Below are positions 52,688 through 64,000 of a stretch of 64,000 nucleotides of DNA, piece after piece. The stretch comes from Okamejei kenojei. Lineage: Eukaryota. Where the stretch lies: NCBI GenBank assembly GCA_035221665.1, contig CM069168.1, positions 18,042,001-18,106,000 of the forward strand, read 5' to 3'. The notes beneath the pieces were generated by a model. That model saw only the letters and a program-made list of their open reading frames with translations, was not told the origin of the DNA and did not search any database. Made by a program: the position numbers and the translations under genes. Positions within the stretch are counted from its first letter, which is position 1, and each line of letters opens with the position of its first letter.

Positions 52688-53902
52688 CTGCAAGTGATTC
52701 ATAGAGATGAGAAAATAGGTTAGCCAGTTTCAATTATTAAAGTATAGATCCGCTAGCAAAATATAAGTCTGCACTCATTCTACATATCTACTACAGGTGG
52801 ATATTTGCTGAATAATTCTAACATTTAACTTCCAACCCTTGACATTTCTTTCCAAAGTAATGGTTTTCAGTTAAATCCAACCATCCAACTACGATGCATT
52901 TTCTCCAAAGCCTCTTCTGGAGATATAACAGCAGCTAACCTAGAATATTCCGAAAAGCTGAAGCAATTGTATTGTTAGAATAATAAATTATAAAATAAAT
53001 GAAACAAGCAGGTGCATATATAAATTCCTTTACATAATTAGCACTTTTTTGTGAAGAGTTTGATAATATGACAACAGAAACTTGTGGTGGCAACCGTTCC
53101 AGATAATTTTACTTGAAAATTATTGAAAAAGCACAATTGCATGACAGATGATGGAAACATAGTGTGGAGAGTCCAGCACACGGAATACATGGGCAGTACC
53201 GATTCCTCGGCAGACTGATCGTATTCTTAGGCAGACCCTCAGGAGTAGCATGACTTGTTTCCATTGTAGTTCTGAGATGGCTGATGTCAATGTGGGGCAG
53301 GAGATGCTTAAAGGGTGAAATGAGGGTAATTGGAGAGGTGATGAATCCATAGGTCATTTGCATTTGGCCTTAGTGTTCCCTATGAGTGGATAAGGATGCC
53401 TGCTGGCCTAGACATACCCTTTCGTCTCTCCTACTTTCTGGGAGAAAATACAGGAGCTTGAAACCCCAGATATCCAAACATAAGAACATCTTCTATCCCC
53501 CAGTTATCAGATTCCTGACCCAATCATTGCTTTCACACCCCCTCCCTGGAGGTACTGCCATATAATCTTATTCCCAACACTACCGCAGTTGTTTATTCCA
53601 TTGTTGTACTTTAATATTTACTAAGCGCTACTTTGGATTGCACCATTGTGCTGTTTTGTATTCCTCATCTTTATTATTATTTTTATCATTCCTATCTGCT
53701 TTTTATTCTGCAAGCGCAAAATGAACAAGGAATTTCCTTGTGTTCTGGTGTATATGACACTATTGTATCCACCTCCATCATCACCCTGGCAGAGCATTCC
53801 AGGCACCCACCAACCTCTTAAAAATAAAACTTGCACCACACATCTTCTTTAAACTTTTCGCTCTCACCTTAAAGCTATGCCCTCTAGTCTTTAACATTTT
53901 AC

Positions 53903-54660
53903 ATGGTAAATGGTAGGGAATTGAGGAATGCTGTGGAACAGAGGGATCTAGGAATAACTGTGCATAGTTCCCTGAAGGTGGAATCGCATGTAGATAGGGT
54001 GGTAAAGAAAGCCTTTGGTGTACTGGCCTTTATAAATCAGAGCATTGAATATAGGAGTAGGGAAGTAATGTTAAAATTGTACAAGGCATTGGTAAGACCA
54101 ATTCTGGAGTATGGTGTACAATTTTGGTCACCTAGTTATAGGAAGGATGTCAACAAAATAGAGAGAGTACAGAGGAGATTTACTAGAATGTTGCCAGGGT
54201 TCCAGCAACTATGTTACAGAGAAAGGTTGAACAAGTTAGGTCTTTATTCTTTGGAGCGCAGAAGGTTAAGGGGGGGACTTGATTGAGGTCTTTAAAATGA
54301 TGAAAGGGATAGACAGAGTTGACGTGGATACGTTTTTCCCATTGAGGGTAGGGAAGATTCAAACAAGAGGGCATGACATGAGAATTAAGGGACAGAGGTT
54401 TCGGGGTAACGTGAGGGGGAACTTCTTTACTCAGAGGGTGGTGGCTGTGTGGAATGAGCTTCCAGCAGAAGTGGTGGAGGCAGGATCGATTTTAACATTT
54501 AAGAGTAAAGTGGATAGGTATATGGACGTGAAGGGAATGGAGGGGTATGGTCTGAGTGCAGGTAGATGGGACTAGGGGAAAACAAATGGTCGGCACGGAC
54601 TGGAAGGGCCGAGAGGGCCTGTTTCCGTGCTGTAATTGTTATATATGGTTATATGGTTAT
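53903..54660 (+). mobile_element. CR1-clade (HER1-like) LINE 3' end, inserted in an older antisense CR1 (53770-55010)
   Basis: RDLGITVHSSLK...LYKALVRPILEYGVQFWSP...RGNFFTQRVVAVWNELP; frameshift near 54280; (TATGGT)-type tail. Confidence 0.9.
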
Positions 54661-55189
54661 TTCCCCATTGAAAAAAGGTTCTGACCATCTACCTATCTAT
54701 GCCTCATAATTTTATATACTTCTATCAGATCTCCCTTCACCTTCTGACTCTCTAGCGAAAACAATCCAAGTTTGTCCAACTTCTCCTTGTTGTTAACACC
54801 CTCTAATCCAAACCTCTTCTGAACCCTTTGCGAAACCTCCACATCCTTCCTGTAATAGTGAGACCAGAACTACGTGCACTACTCCAAATGCAGTCTAACC
54901 CAAGTCTTATAGAGCTGCACCTTGACTTTCTGACTCTCATACTCAATGCCCTGATCTATAATGGTGAGCATACCATACACCTTCTTTACCATCTACTTGT
55001 GTTGCCATTTCTGACACACACTGTTGATGTTACAGTTATCTGAAGTGGAACCCTATCATAACCTGGGGATAATCACACCTGATTGAAATAGTAATAAAAA
55101 CAGTTTCAGACTGAATGTTCCCCAATGATAACACACGATTAAAAAAGGTCACATGTACATATTCCTTTCCAATTACCACTCACCCGTTA

Positions 55190-55378
<189 letters not shown>

Positions 55379-56294
55379 TTAAGACCAATACAACAGATAT
55401 CAAACGTGCTCCAATTTAAAGTGACACAATAAAACTAGCATCAGCGAACTTGAATCTAACTTACTCTAGCAGTTAACTATATTCAACTTTTTTCTAAATT
55501 CAATGATGTCTTACTGGACATAATGAGTGTACACTCAAGGAGCCATTTTTCTGAGTGTGAAGAATGGACCTGATCCAAAACTTTGACTATCCTAGTCCTC
55601 CTGAGATTCTGCCTGACCTGCTAACTTACTCCAGCTTTGTATGATTTACTCTAGATTTCAGCATTTGCAAATCCTTGTGTCAGCCATATTTCTTCTGCAG
55701 GTTTGGGCAGCCAGTGTTATGTCATCTAACTCCAAGGACGTGTATTTCACCAGATACACATAGCAGGAGCTCTTGGAAAGGAACTGTACTCAACTTTGTT
55801 AAGCAGACACATTGAAGCCAAGATTTATTTTTTGGCAACCAGTGGATGACCCCGTTTAGATCAGTGCACAGGATAGGCAGAGATGGACCAGAAACCAACT
55901 GCACAAGCATCCTTCATGATCACAGAAGTAAAAGATAAATAAATGTAACAGAGGTAAAAACAGTGATTCAACCTATTTATCAATTAGAGGTGAATGAAAA
56001 TAAACTTTGACACAAACTTTCCCAATTCTTGTAGGCGAGATAGTGTAACAAATGGTAATGTCACCTTTCACAAGCAAAATCAAAAATAAATCACACCAGT
56101 GAGTAAACCCTTCAGCAATTCAGTAACAATTCTCTCCTTAAAAAGTCTAAATCTAACTGAAACAAATTGTGCAATCGTTTGTAAAATGATTAAAAAGTTT
56201 TTAAGCCTACTCTCATATGAGATTGTTATAATTTGTCCTACAATAAATAGAGCTGAAAATCAAAGACAAATCTCTGGGAACTTTAGTGATGGAT

Positions 56295-56790
56295 TCATAG
56301 AATTATACAGCATGGAAAAAGGCCTTTCAGCCCAACTTGTCCAATGCCAACCAGGATGCATATCAAAATCAATCCCGTTTGCCTGCATTTGACCAGTATC
56401 CCTCTAATCCTTTTCTAACTATGTAACTTGAACTAAAAGTTTTAAACGTTGTGATTGTTTCTGGCTCTACCTCGTCCTCTGGCAGTTCATTCCATATACG
56501 CACCATTCTCAGTGTGGAGAATTTGCTCCAAGAGCCCCTCTTCAAATCTCTGCCCATTGGTTTTAGACTCCTCGTCCCTGGGTAAAACACTATTTTATCT
56601 ATGCCCCTCTTGGTAAAATCACCCCTCAGCCTCCTATCCTCCAGGGAAAACAGCCCAGTCCCAGCCTATACAATTTGCCTTTGTAACTCATGCGTTCCAT
56701 TTCGGGCAACATTCTGTAATTTTTTTTAATCGGCATCCTCTCCAGTTTAATCATATCCTTTCTATAGCACTGCGACCAGAACTTCACATA
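56295..56790 (-). mobile_element. Old CR1-clade LINE 3' fragment
   Basis: FSTLRMVRIWNELPEDEVE remnant. Confidence 0.7.
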
Positions 56791-57068
56791 ATATACCACT
56801 CGATTGTCGTCCTGCCATTGGCACAGCTGTTCTCACAGCAGGCAGGCAAGGTGTTATTTTTTTGTGTCCTGAAGCCCCTGGCAAAAGGTGCCTTTGAAGG
56901 TGCCAGGAACTCTCTGGGGCAGAGGCTCCACGTTAGGGCTGAAGGAACTTTACAAAAAATAATTTTATATTATCACTTTTCATGTACAGTCTCAACAATA
57001 TTTGGATTGCTTCTTTTGTGTCAATGTTGCATCTATCAACAAACAAATGCTAATCAAAGATTCTTTCA

Positions 57069-57209
<141 letters not shown>

Positions 57210-60200
57210 CTACATAGAAGAGCAAGTGTTCTGATAATTACTAAATAAACCGGCAAATATTTCCTACTACATTTTTTAAAACCCTATTGTTCTCAAACAT
57301 TGAGCAGCCTACACCAATACATATTCAAGTAATGATGGTGCAGAATTACAATAATTCTAGTTAAAATATCCATCCAAAAATGTAACAGCTGATATTTACT
57401 GACTAACTTTATTAAAACAAAAGTTTATTGACTTAAGAGATTAAAAAAAATGGTTTAAAAAACAGAATAGAAATGCCAATTATTTGGAGAGATCTTTGTT
57501 TAAACAAAATTAAATAATGAGTAGCAATGATTCAAGGAACGCAAAAAAAAGAATTAAAATATGTTCCAATTGTTAGCATTTTTGGTCAGGATTATGAGAT
57601 TCATTTTATTACATGGGGTTAAAAGGTTTTGTGTAAACAATTGTTGGAATCCATACATATACCTATAAATTGGAGGGAGAAGAAATAGGAAAACACATGT
57701 CAAATGCTGAAAGAATACATGAAGTTGGGAAAACAAGATTAATTAGCAGCAAATCCATCAGGAACAAACAGGTTTTCAAATAATTATACACCAAATTAAT
57801 GAAAATATGAAAACATGGTTTTCAACTAAACCATTCCACTTCAGCATTTAATTTCTACAAACATTTCTCCTCTGCTGATGACTTAGGTGCCTCTTATTGA
57901 GACACTGTACACTTGATGCAAGATGCACTTTGATCTGCCTGAAACCTTGTGTCATAGACATATATTGTGCAAACAGGCCCTTCGACCCAACTTGCCCACG
58001 CTCACCAACAGGCCCCATCTACACTGGTTCCAACTGCCTGCATTTGGCCCCTATCCCTCTAAACCTATTTTATCCATGCAGTAGACCAATGCACAGATAA
58101 AGATATTTTTGAAATAAGAAACAGTTGTGAGCAAAAATCCTCGGTGCAAATCATAACATGCTTTCCATCCTGCTCTCTTGAACATACCAGGATATGGCTC
58201 TCTGATTAGTGGCAATCCTCCAGGGCTTTTCATAGGAGCTTTAATAGTTTGTTCTGGCAGGCCACCTGTGTCCAGAGATCTGATTATATTCTCACCTGGC
58301 ACACATTCCTATACCTTCCATTTAAGCAAACAGCAATTTGGAACAAAATTGAGTGCCTCAAAACAACAGCACCACATTTGTGCACCGAATACTACAATTA
58401 CATGAAATCAATTAACTGTTTAGGTTGTCGATTTGTCAGGCAAAATCAAACATGAATAATCGCCTGTTTATATTTACTCAATGAGTTTTTAGGAAACGAG
58501 TAACTATTTTTAAGTAGCATGAAAGGTCCTTGCATAATTTGCAAAGACAGATGTGAACCGATAATAATTTCATAGGAATGAATTGTTAATAAACACAGTT
58601 CTCATTTTCTCAAATCCGAACCTAATTTGTTCACCAAGTATCAAATTAATTCTACCAATTAAATTTTTTTTCCTCAAATAAATTGTTTTGCTGTGACTAG
58701 GAAGACATTGAAAGAAAACTTTCCCAATTAAGCATCCAAATCTCCACATTGAACACCCCAACAGACAATTATCAAATTGCAAAAGCACCAATCCAACTGA
58801 CACACAATTGTCAAATAACTAGACAAAATGAAAACATGGATGGTGACATCAGGCGAGGTGATTCAGTCAGCTGAGTTGCGCCAACACTTTGTATTATTTC
58901 ACTTTAAAACCAGGCGTGGTTGCCGTAGGGCGCCCTCCCTTCTCACCTGCTGTCGCTTTCAAGGTAGAAAATGTCAGAGGGGGAGGGGACAGCAGGACAC
59001 AGCAGCAGGTGAGAAGGGCTCACTGAGGCACCTTGCGAATTAAGAGTGGGGTCAGAAGCTGGGGCTTTAAGCAGCCAGAGAGATGATGGGAGCAGGGGAT
59101 CGGTTGGCAGGTCATTCCATTCACATTCAGTTTACATTTTATATATATATGTTTTAAGTTTCTAGCAATCCTTGTTGCTTTAGAGAAGTGTGTCATTAGT
59201 GGGTCAGGGATGTATTGTCCTTTCATTAACAACCTCTATTGGCACGGAAAAACAGATAATTCAGAAAGCCTCTGGAACTGTGAAGGAAAACTGATGTTCA
59301 ACCTGCAATCCATAAGAGAAACACTTCCTCAAATAGCTTCCTCCACAGCACTGAAAGTTGTATGCATAATTATAAACAAATTATAAACAGTGAGATCATA
59401 ATAAACAAATGAATGTGCTCTAATGCTGAATCTAAATATCTGATTACAAACAGGTAGCACCAAAGATAATATTTTCCTTTACAATAATTTGAGATTCTGT
59501 CCCTGAATCCATATAAATAGGTAACAATAGAGATACCGGTGTCCAAACTTTTGAAAAACCAGTAAATACCTAGAATTATTCACTCTATCAAATTCTTTTT
59601 ATTTGTGGTTTTGCAACCATTAGACCAGATTATTACACACCTGGCAGGACACTGACACTATGAAGAAGTGCCTCGACCCAAAACATCACCCATTCCTTTT
59701 CTCCGAAGATGCTGTCTGGCCCACTGCGTTACTCCAGCTTTTTGTATCACCTTCAGGACACTTTTGACATTGTCTCCCTTCTGACATCAAGAACTATTCG
59801 AAATTAGCTTTCTTATTTACATTCCTCCCCCCGCCCCACCCCCCTAAGTAAATATTCTAACATTTTTATCCTTCCTTCATTTCTCTATGGTCTCACCCTC
59901 TCTGTAATTCTTTAGCCTTACAAATCTGCAAAAATACATGTCATAGCAGCATGGAAAGGCGCCATTTTGCCCATCAGAGAGCACCCACCCATCCATATTA
60001 ATCCTGTTTTCAGCACTTGGCTCATAGCCTTTAATGCCTAAGCAATTCAAGCACTCATCCACACATCTCTTAAATGTTGTTAGTGATTGCTTCCACTGCA
60101 CATGCATGTTCCTCCAACAATGACCATCCACAGAGCATTCACAACTCCGCTTTCCACTCAAGGCTGTATACTCTGAAATTAACTGTCAATTTCTTTCTCT

Positions 60201-60634
60201 GAATAGGTTTCTTCAATTTCACCTCTGAACAAATGTTTGCCCCAATATATCCTCAGGAACTTCAATGTTAAACTCATTTGATCATTTATCGTTTAAGAAA
60301 GAACTGCAGATGCTGGAAAAATCGAAGACAAAAATGCTGGAGAAACTCAGCGGTGAGGCAGCATCTATGGAGAGAAGGAATAGGCGACGTTTCAGGTCGA
60401 GACCCTTCTTCAGACTGATCATTTATCGTGATGCATTTATCATGAAGCTTCTTGGACTTTTTCCTGGGTATTAACACAGTGCAATATAGCAAATTGTACT
60501 TATTCACAAACATGATTTCAAACAATTGTGGTCAATCAATTGGGAGAATAGAATCATACAAATAGGTGGATTCACAAGTGAACACATTTCACTGAGCAGT
60601 CATCATCTTAAACAAAACTGACTAGATGATGTTC

Positions 60635-60745
60635 AATTTAGTTTATTGTCACGTGTACCGAGGTACAGTGAATAGCCTTTGTTGCGTGCTAACCAGTCGG
60701 CAGAAAGGCAATACATGATTACAATCGATCCATTTTCAGTGTAGA
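60635..60745 (-). mobile_element. Short LINE 3'-end fragment (Rex1/L2-like tail); related copies at ~7481 and ~17085
   Basis: Shared GTCACGTGTACCGAGGTACAGTGAA motif with (TAAAC)-type tail on the minus strand. Confidence 0.6.
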
Positions 60746-61589
60746 GATCATAGTTAAAGCAAGAAATGTTGCTGTAGGAATTTGAACGATTGTAATATGA
60801 GTTTGTAGTTCTGCTTCTGTGGCTCGCACGCAGTCGCCTGGGCTGGGCACCATCTTGGAAGCATTATTATTCATAACTATACACATGTGTATCTTCTATA
60901 CACTTTTCCTGATATATCAAAGGTTAGAATTGAATATGCCTGATACTGAAAACTAAAACTGAATATTCACGTTAAAATATCATTTAAAATTAGCTGTACT
61001 ATTGTTCTGTCTGTATTTAATCACAATGTAATTCCACTATAATCTACTATATTTAACTCTTAATTGTGTAATCGGTCAGAGATTTTATTTCCAAAGCTGA
61101 TGACAAAGCAAGAAATGTTGATGCTGCAACTTCACATACATTAATCACACTTTAAAGTCAATCGCAGCACAAACTAAATGAAACACTTGAAATAGAGCTC
61201 AAGATGCTGCCTTTTGTTTTCATGCTAGGGTGTTTTCATGACCTTAATAAATAACTTATTTAACGACATGAACTTCAAAAACAGTGGGGGACAATAGCCA
61301 ACTTCTTGTTTGACATTAAACCTCAATAAGATTTTCGAACGAAAAAAAAGAAACATCGTCTGTTCATACACACTCAGGAGGTAAGAGAGAGCAAGTAAAT
61401 CCATCACTTTACCCTTAATATAGACGTTTTAGGAAGTAGTTGAGTCACTAAATAGATGGAAATCCGATGTTGGGAGTGACATTGGGCAAGACTCGAGGAT
61501 GAGCTAACTTTGCTGAAAGCAAATACTCCTTTCCACTTGGGAGGGGGGTGAGGAGGAATACTTTTCTTTGAGATGTATTATGTTTATTA

Positions 61590-62220
61590 GACACGGGCTA
61601 TGGGGGAAAGCGCGGTTTCGGGGCTGACCGGCGCTCTGCTCTCTCCTGAGCACCGTCACGTCACCAAATAAAACCGGTTGGCTTGAGGTCCGAGGCCTTG
61701 GGGTGAAAATGACAAGGCCCCGAGGCCCGCTTTAAAGCCTTCCCCTGATCCCCGAGGTGCGTGGAAGGCTGGGAGGTAGGTCGGTGGGTTGATTGTTTGT
61801 GTGGTGGAGAAGTGTGGAAGGCCTCGGCCTCTCCCTCCTTCCTTCCATCAGCCGCGTACTCACAGGGTTCTCGGCTGCCCGTCGTCCTCCATCATCATGG
61901 TGGTGGGAGCGTCGTGTGAGCGCCGGAGGGTTTCAGTGTGTTTTCCAAAAAAAACACACAGTCAATGGTTTCTGTTCTCTTCTAGTGTTTTTTTTAAACT
62001 AACACGGTCCTGCCTGGGGGAGGGTTTTTATTAGAGGAGAGAAGCGGAGCAGCAGCCGAACAAAGCCACACAGAGAGAGAGAGAGAGAAAACTCCACAGG
62101 CACAGGCAGAGAAGATGGCGGCCTGGCGCAGTGCGCCTGCGCGGGCTCCACAACCCGCCTGTCACTCTCCACCCACAACTTGGGCTCAACTTTGCAGAAA
62201 GTTTCCACGCAGGAAGCAGC
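61590..62220 (-). promoter_or_regulatory. TIA1 CpG-island promoter/5'UTR with YY1 (AAGATGGCGGC, ~62112) and NRF1-like (TGCGCCTGCGC, ~62132) motifs
   Basis: CpG-rich; motifs read directly; (CT)n tract in presumptive 5'UTR. Confidence 0.7.
61864..61898 (-). CDS. TIA1: TIA1 coding exon 1 (MMMEDDGQPRT-L)
   Basis: CCACCACC-ATG context; GTGAGT donor; phase 2 matches exon 2; within CpG-rich region. Confidence 0.93.
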
Positions 62221-62367
62221 TGTGGGTTAAATTACCATTTGTGCATTGTAGGGAAACATGTTTCTGGCTCGTGTGAATGTGGGAGTAAGGAGACAGTTGA
62301 GCATGTTTCCCTAGAATGTAAAAAAAGTATAGGGTAGAAAGATAGGCATTGTTTGTTAGACTGACAG

Positions 62368-62784
62368 GAGTGAGCAACACCGCAAGTTGGAGGAACAGCA
62401 TCTCATATTCCGCTTGGGGAGTCTGCATCCTTTGGGCTTGAACATTGAATTTTCTCAATTCTGTTAACCCTTGCTGTCTCCTCCCCTTCCCACCTCTCCC
62501 TCAGCCCTCGGGCCCTGGCATTCCCTCTCTCTCTATCTCCCTCCCCCACCCTAGTCGCACCAGCTTCTCATTTTCACACCACAAACAGCTTACAATGGCT
62601 TGTTCCCTTTATCATCGATACTTTTTTGCATATCTTTCATTCATTGTTCTTTATCTCTCCACATCACCGTCTATATCTCTCGTTTCCCTGACCAGTCTGA
62701 AGAAGGGTCTCGACCCGAAACGTCGCCTATCTCCTTCGCTCCTTAGATGCTGCTGCACCCGCTGAGTTTCTCCAGCTTTTTGTG
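62368..62784 (+). mobile_element. Penelope-like element 3' end, near-identical to 29871-30297
   Basis: Direct comparison; intact CTGAAGAAGGGTCTCGACCCGAAACGTC core. Confidence 0.85.
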
Positions 62785-62883
62785 ATATCCAGGGCTGTTC
62801 TTCAATTCCTGCATGTTACAGGACTGTATGTAAGAATTTAGTTCAAACTTTGACCTGTGGAGGGCAGTAATACGCTTAGCAGC

Positions 62884-62933
62884 GTCTACACCAAAGATCC
62901 TAGAGGAGCTCCTCTATAATCTTTGGTCTACAC
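62884..62933. mobile_element. 34-bp hairpin element with perfect 8-bp TSD GTCTACAC (hAT-like MITE)
   Basis: GTCTACAC-CAAAGATCCTAGAGGAGCTCCTCTATAATCTTTG-GTCTACAC. Confidence 0.75.
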
Positions 62934-63304
62934 TGCCGGAATCCCACAAGAAGAAGAAGAACGCAAGAAGCAGGGTGGAAATATGTCAATTACTGTGGCA
63001 TGCAGTTGCAGCAGAATATATTTCTCCATTGTATTGCAACACAGAGATTATTTTTGTATTTATTTACCAATTAATTATTTATTATTACTGTGACGTACTG
63101 TATTATGTTGTTAAAGAAGGAACTGCAGATGCTGGAAAATCGAGGGTACACAAAAGGCTGGAGAAACTCAGCGGGTGCAGCAGCATCTAAGGAGCGAAGG
63201 AGATGGGCGACGTTTCGGGCCGAAACGTTGCCTATCTCCTTCACTCCTTAAATGCTGCTGCACGTACTGTATTATGTTCTGTGGCAGTACCAGGAAGGAG
63301 GCAG

Positions 63305-63865
63305 AGAAAATTGATGAATGAACCTTGCAGTCCTAACTAAAAATGAAAATACTTGCCATCTAAAATATTTTATTGGAGTCTGAAGAAGGGTTTTGGGCCG
63401 AAACGTTGCCTATTTCCTTCGCTCCATAGATGCTGCTGCACCCGCTGAGTTTCTCCAGCATTTTGTGTACCCTTTTATTAGATCAGTCAGGTGTTTACTT
63501 ACTTCATTTACTGTTGGTGACTATGCAATAAAACCTCTGGGGTGCAAATCAAGACAAGGGTGTCTGCGTTTTTATTAGATTCGATATAAGCTTTTAATCC
63601 TTATTACTGTGTACAGGACAGTGGCATCAATTTTTACCAAAATTGATGAAAAAACCCTGCAGTCCTAACTGAAAATGAAAATACTTGCCATCTCAAATCT
63701 TTTATTAGATCAGTCATCTAGTGTTTACCTACTTCCATATTTACTGTCGGTGACCATACAATAAAACTTCTGGGGTACAAATCAAGACAACGGTGTCTGC
63801 GTTTTTATTGGATTCAATATAAGTTTGCAATCCTGATTAGTCAGTGTACAGCGCAGTGGCATCAC
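63305..63865. repeat. Diverged ~225-bp tandem duplication; first copy interrupted by a short Penelope-derived insert
   Basis: AAAATTGATGAA...CAGTGGCATC present twice (~63307-63628, ~63639-63863). Confidence 0.85.
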
Positions 63866-64000
63866 CATCAGAGCTGCTGCCTCTCAGCTCCAGAGGCCCA
63901 GGTTCGATTGTCACCCCTGGCTCTGTCTGCGTGGAGTTTGCATGTTCACCCTGTGACGCTATAATTTCCTTCAGGTGCTCCTGTTTCCTCCTACATTCTA

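Noticed and set aside
60846-61211. 12-bp imperfect inverted repeat GGCA(C/G)CATCTTG ~365 bp apart
   Set aside because: Too short and no TSD found; cannot support a MITE call

Overview
Vertebrate nuclear DNA; the repeat families (Penelope-like, CR1/HER1-type LINEs, HE1-like V-SINEs) point to a cartilaginous fish, probably a skate or ray. Four intron-containing genes lie head-to-tail on the minus strand: TIA1 (12 constitutive coding exons, 61898->36970, 378 aa, ~4.5 kb 3'UTR), C2orf42 (7 coding exons, 27550->19550, 540 aa), ANKRD39 (4 coding exons, 15357->9520, 188 aa) and the first four phase-compatible coding exons of a gene I cannot name (6275->beyond base 1). Exon boundaries were read by hand from splice sites and phases; gene names come from remembered human proteins, not a database search. 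Best leads: many short Penelope-terminus insertions with a minimal hammerhead-ribozyme core and 13-17 bp target-site duplications; 29-36 bp hairpin elements with 8-bp TSDs next to promoters; a promoter minisatellite multimerising an E-box and an RFX half-site; a GC-box+ZNF143 module amplified 4x at the C2orf42 promoter; and candidate autoregulatory poison exons, a microexon/recursive splice site and a decayed exon 5 in TIA1.
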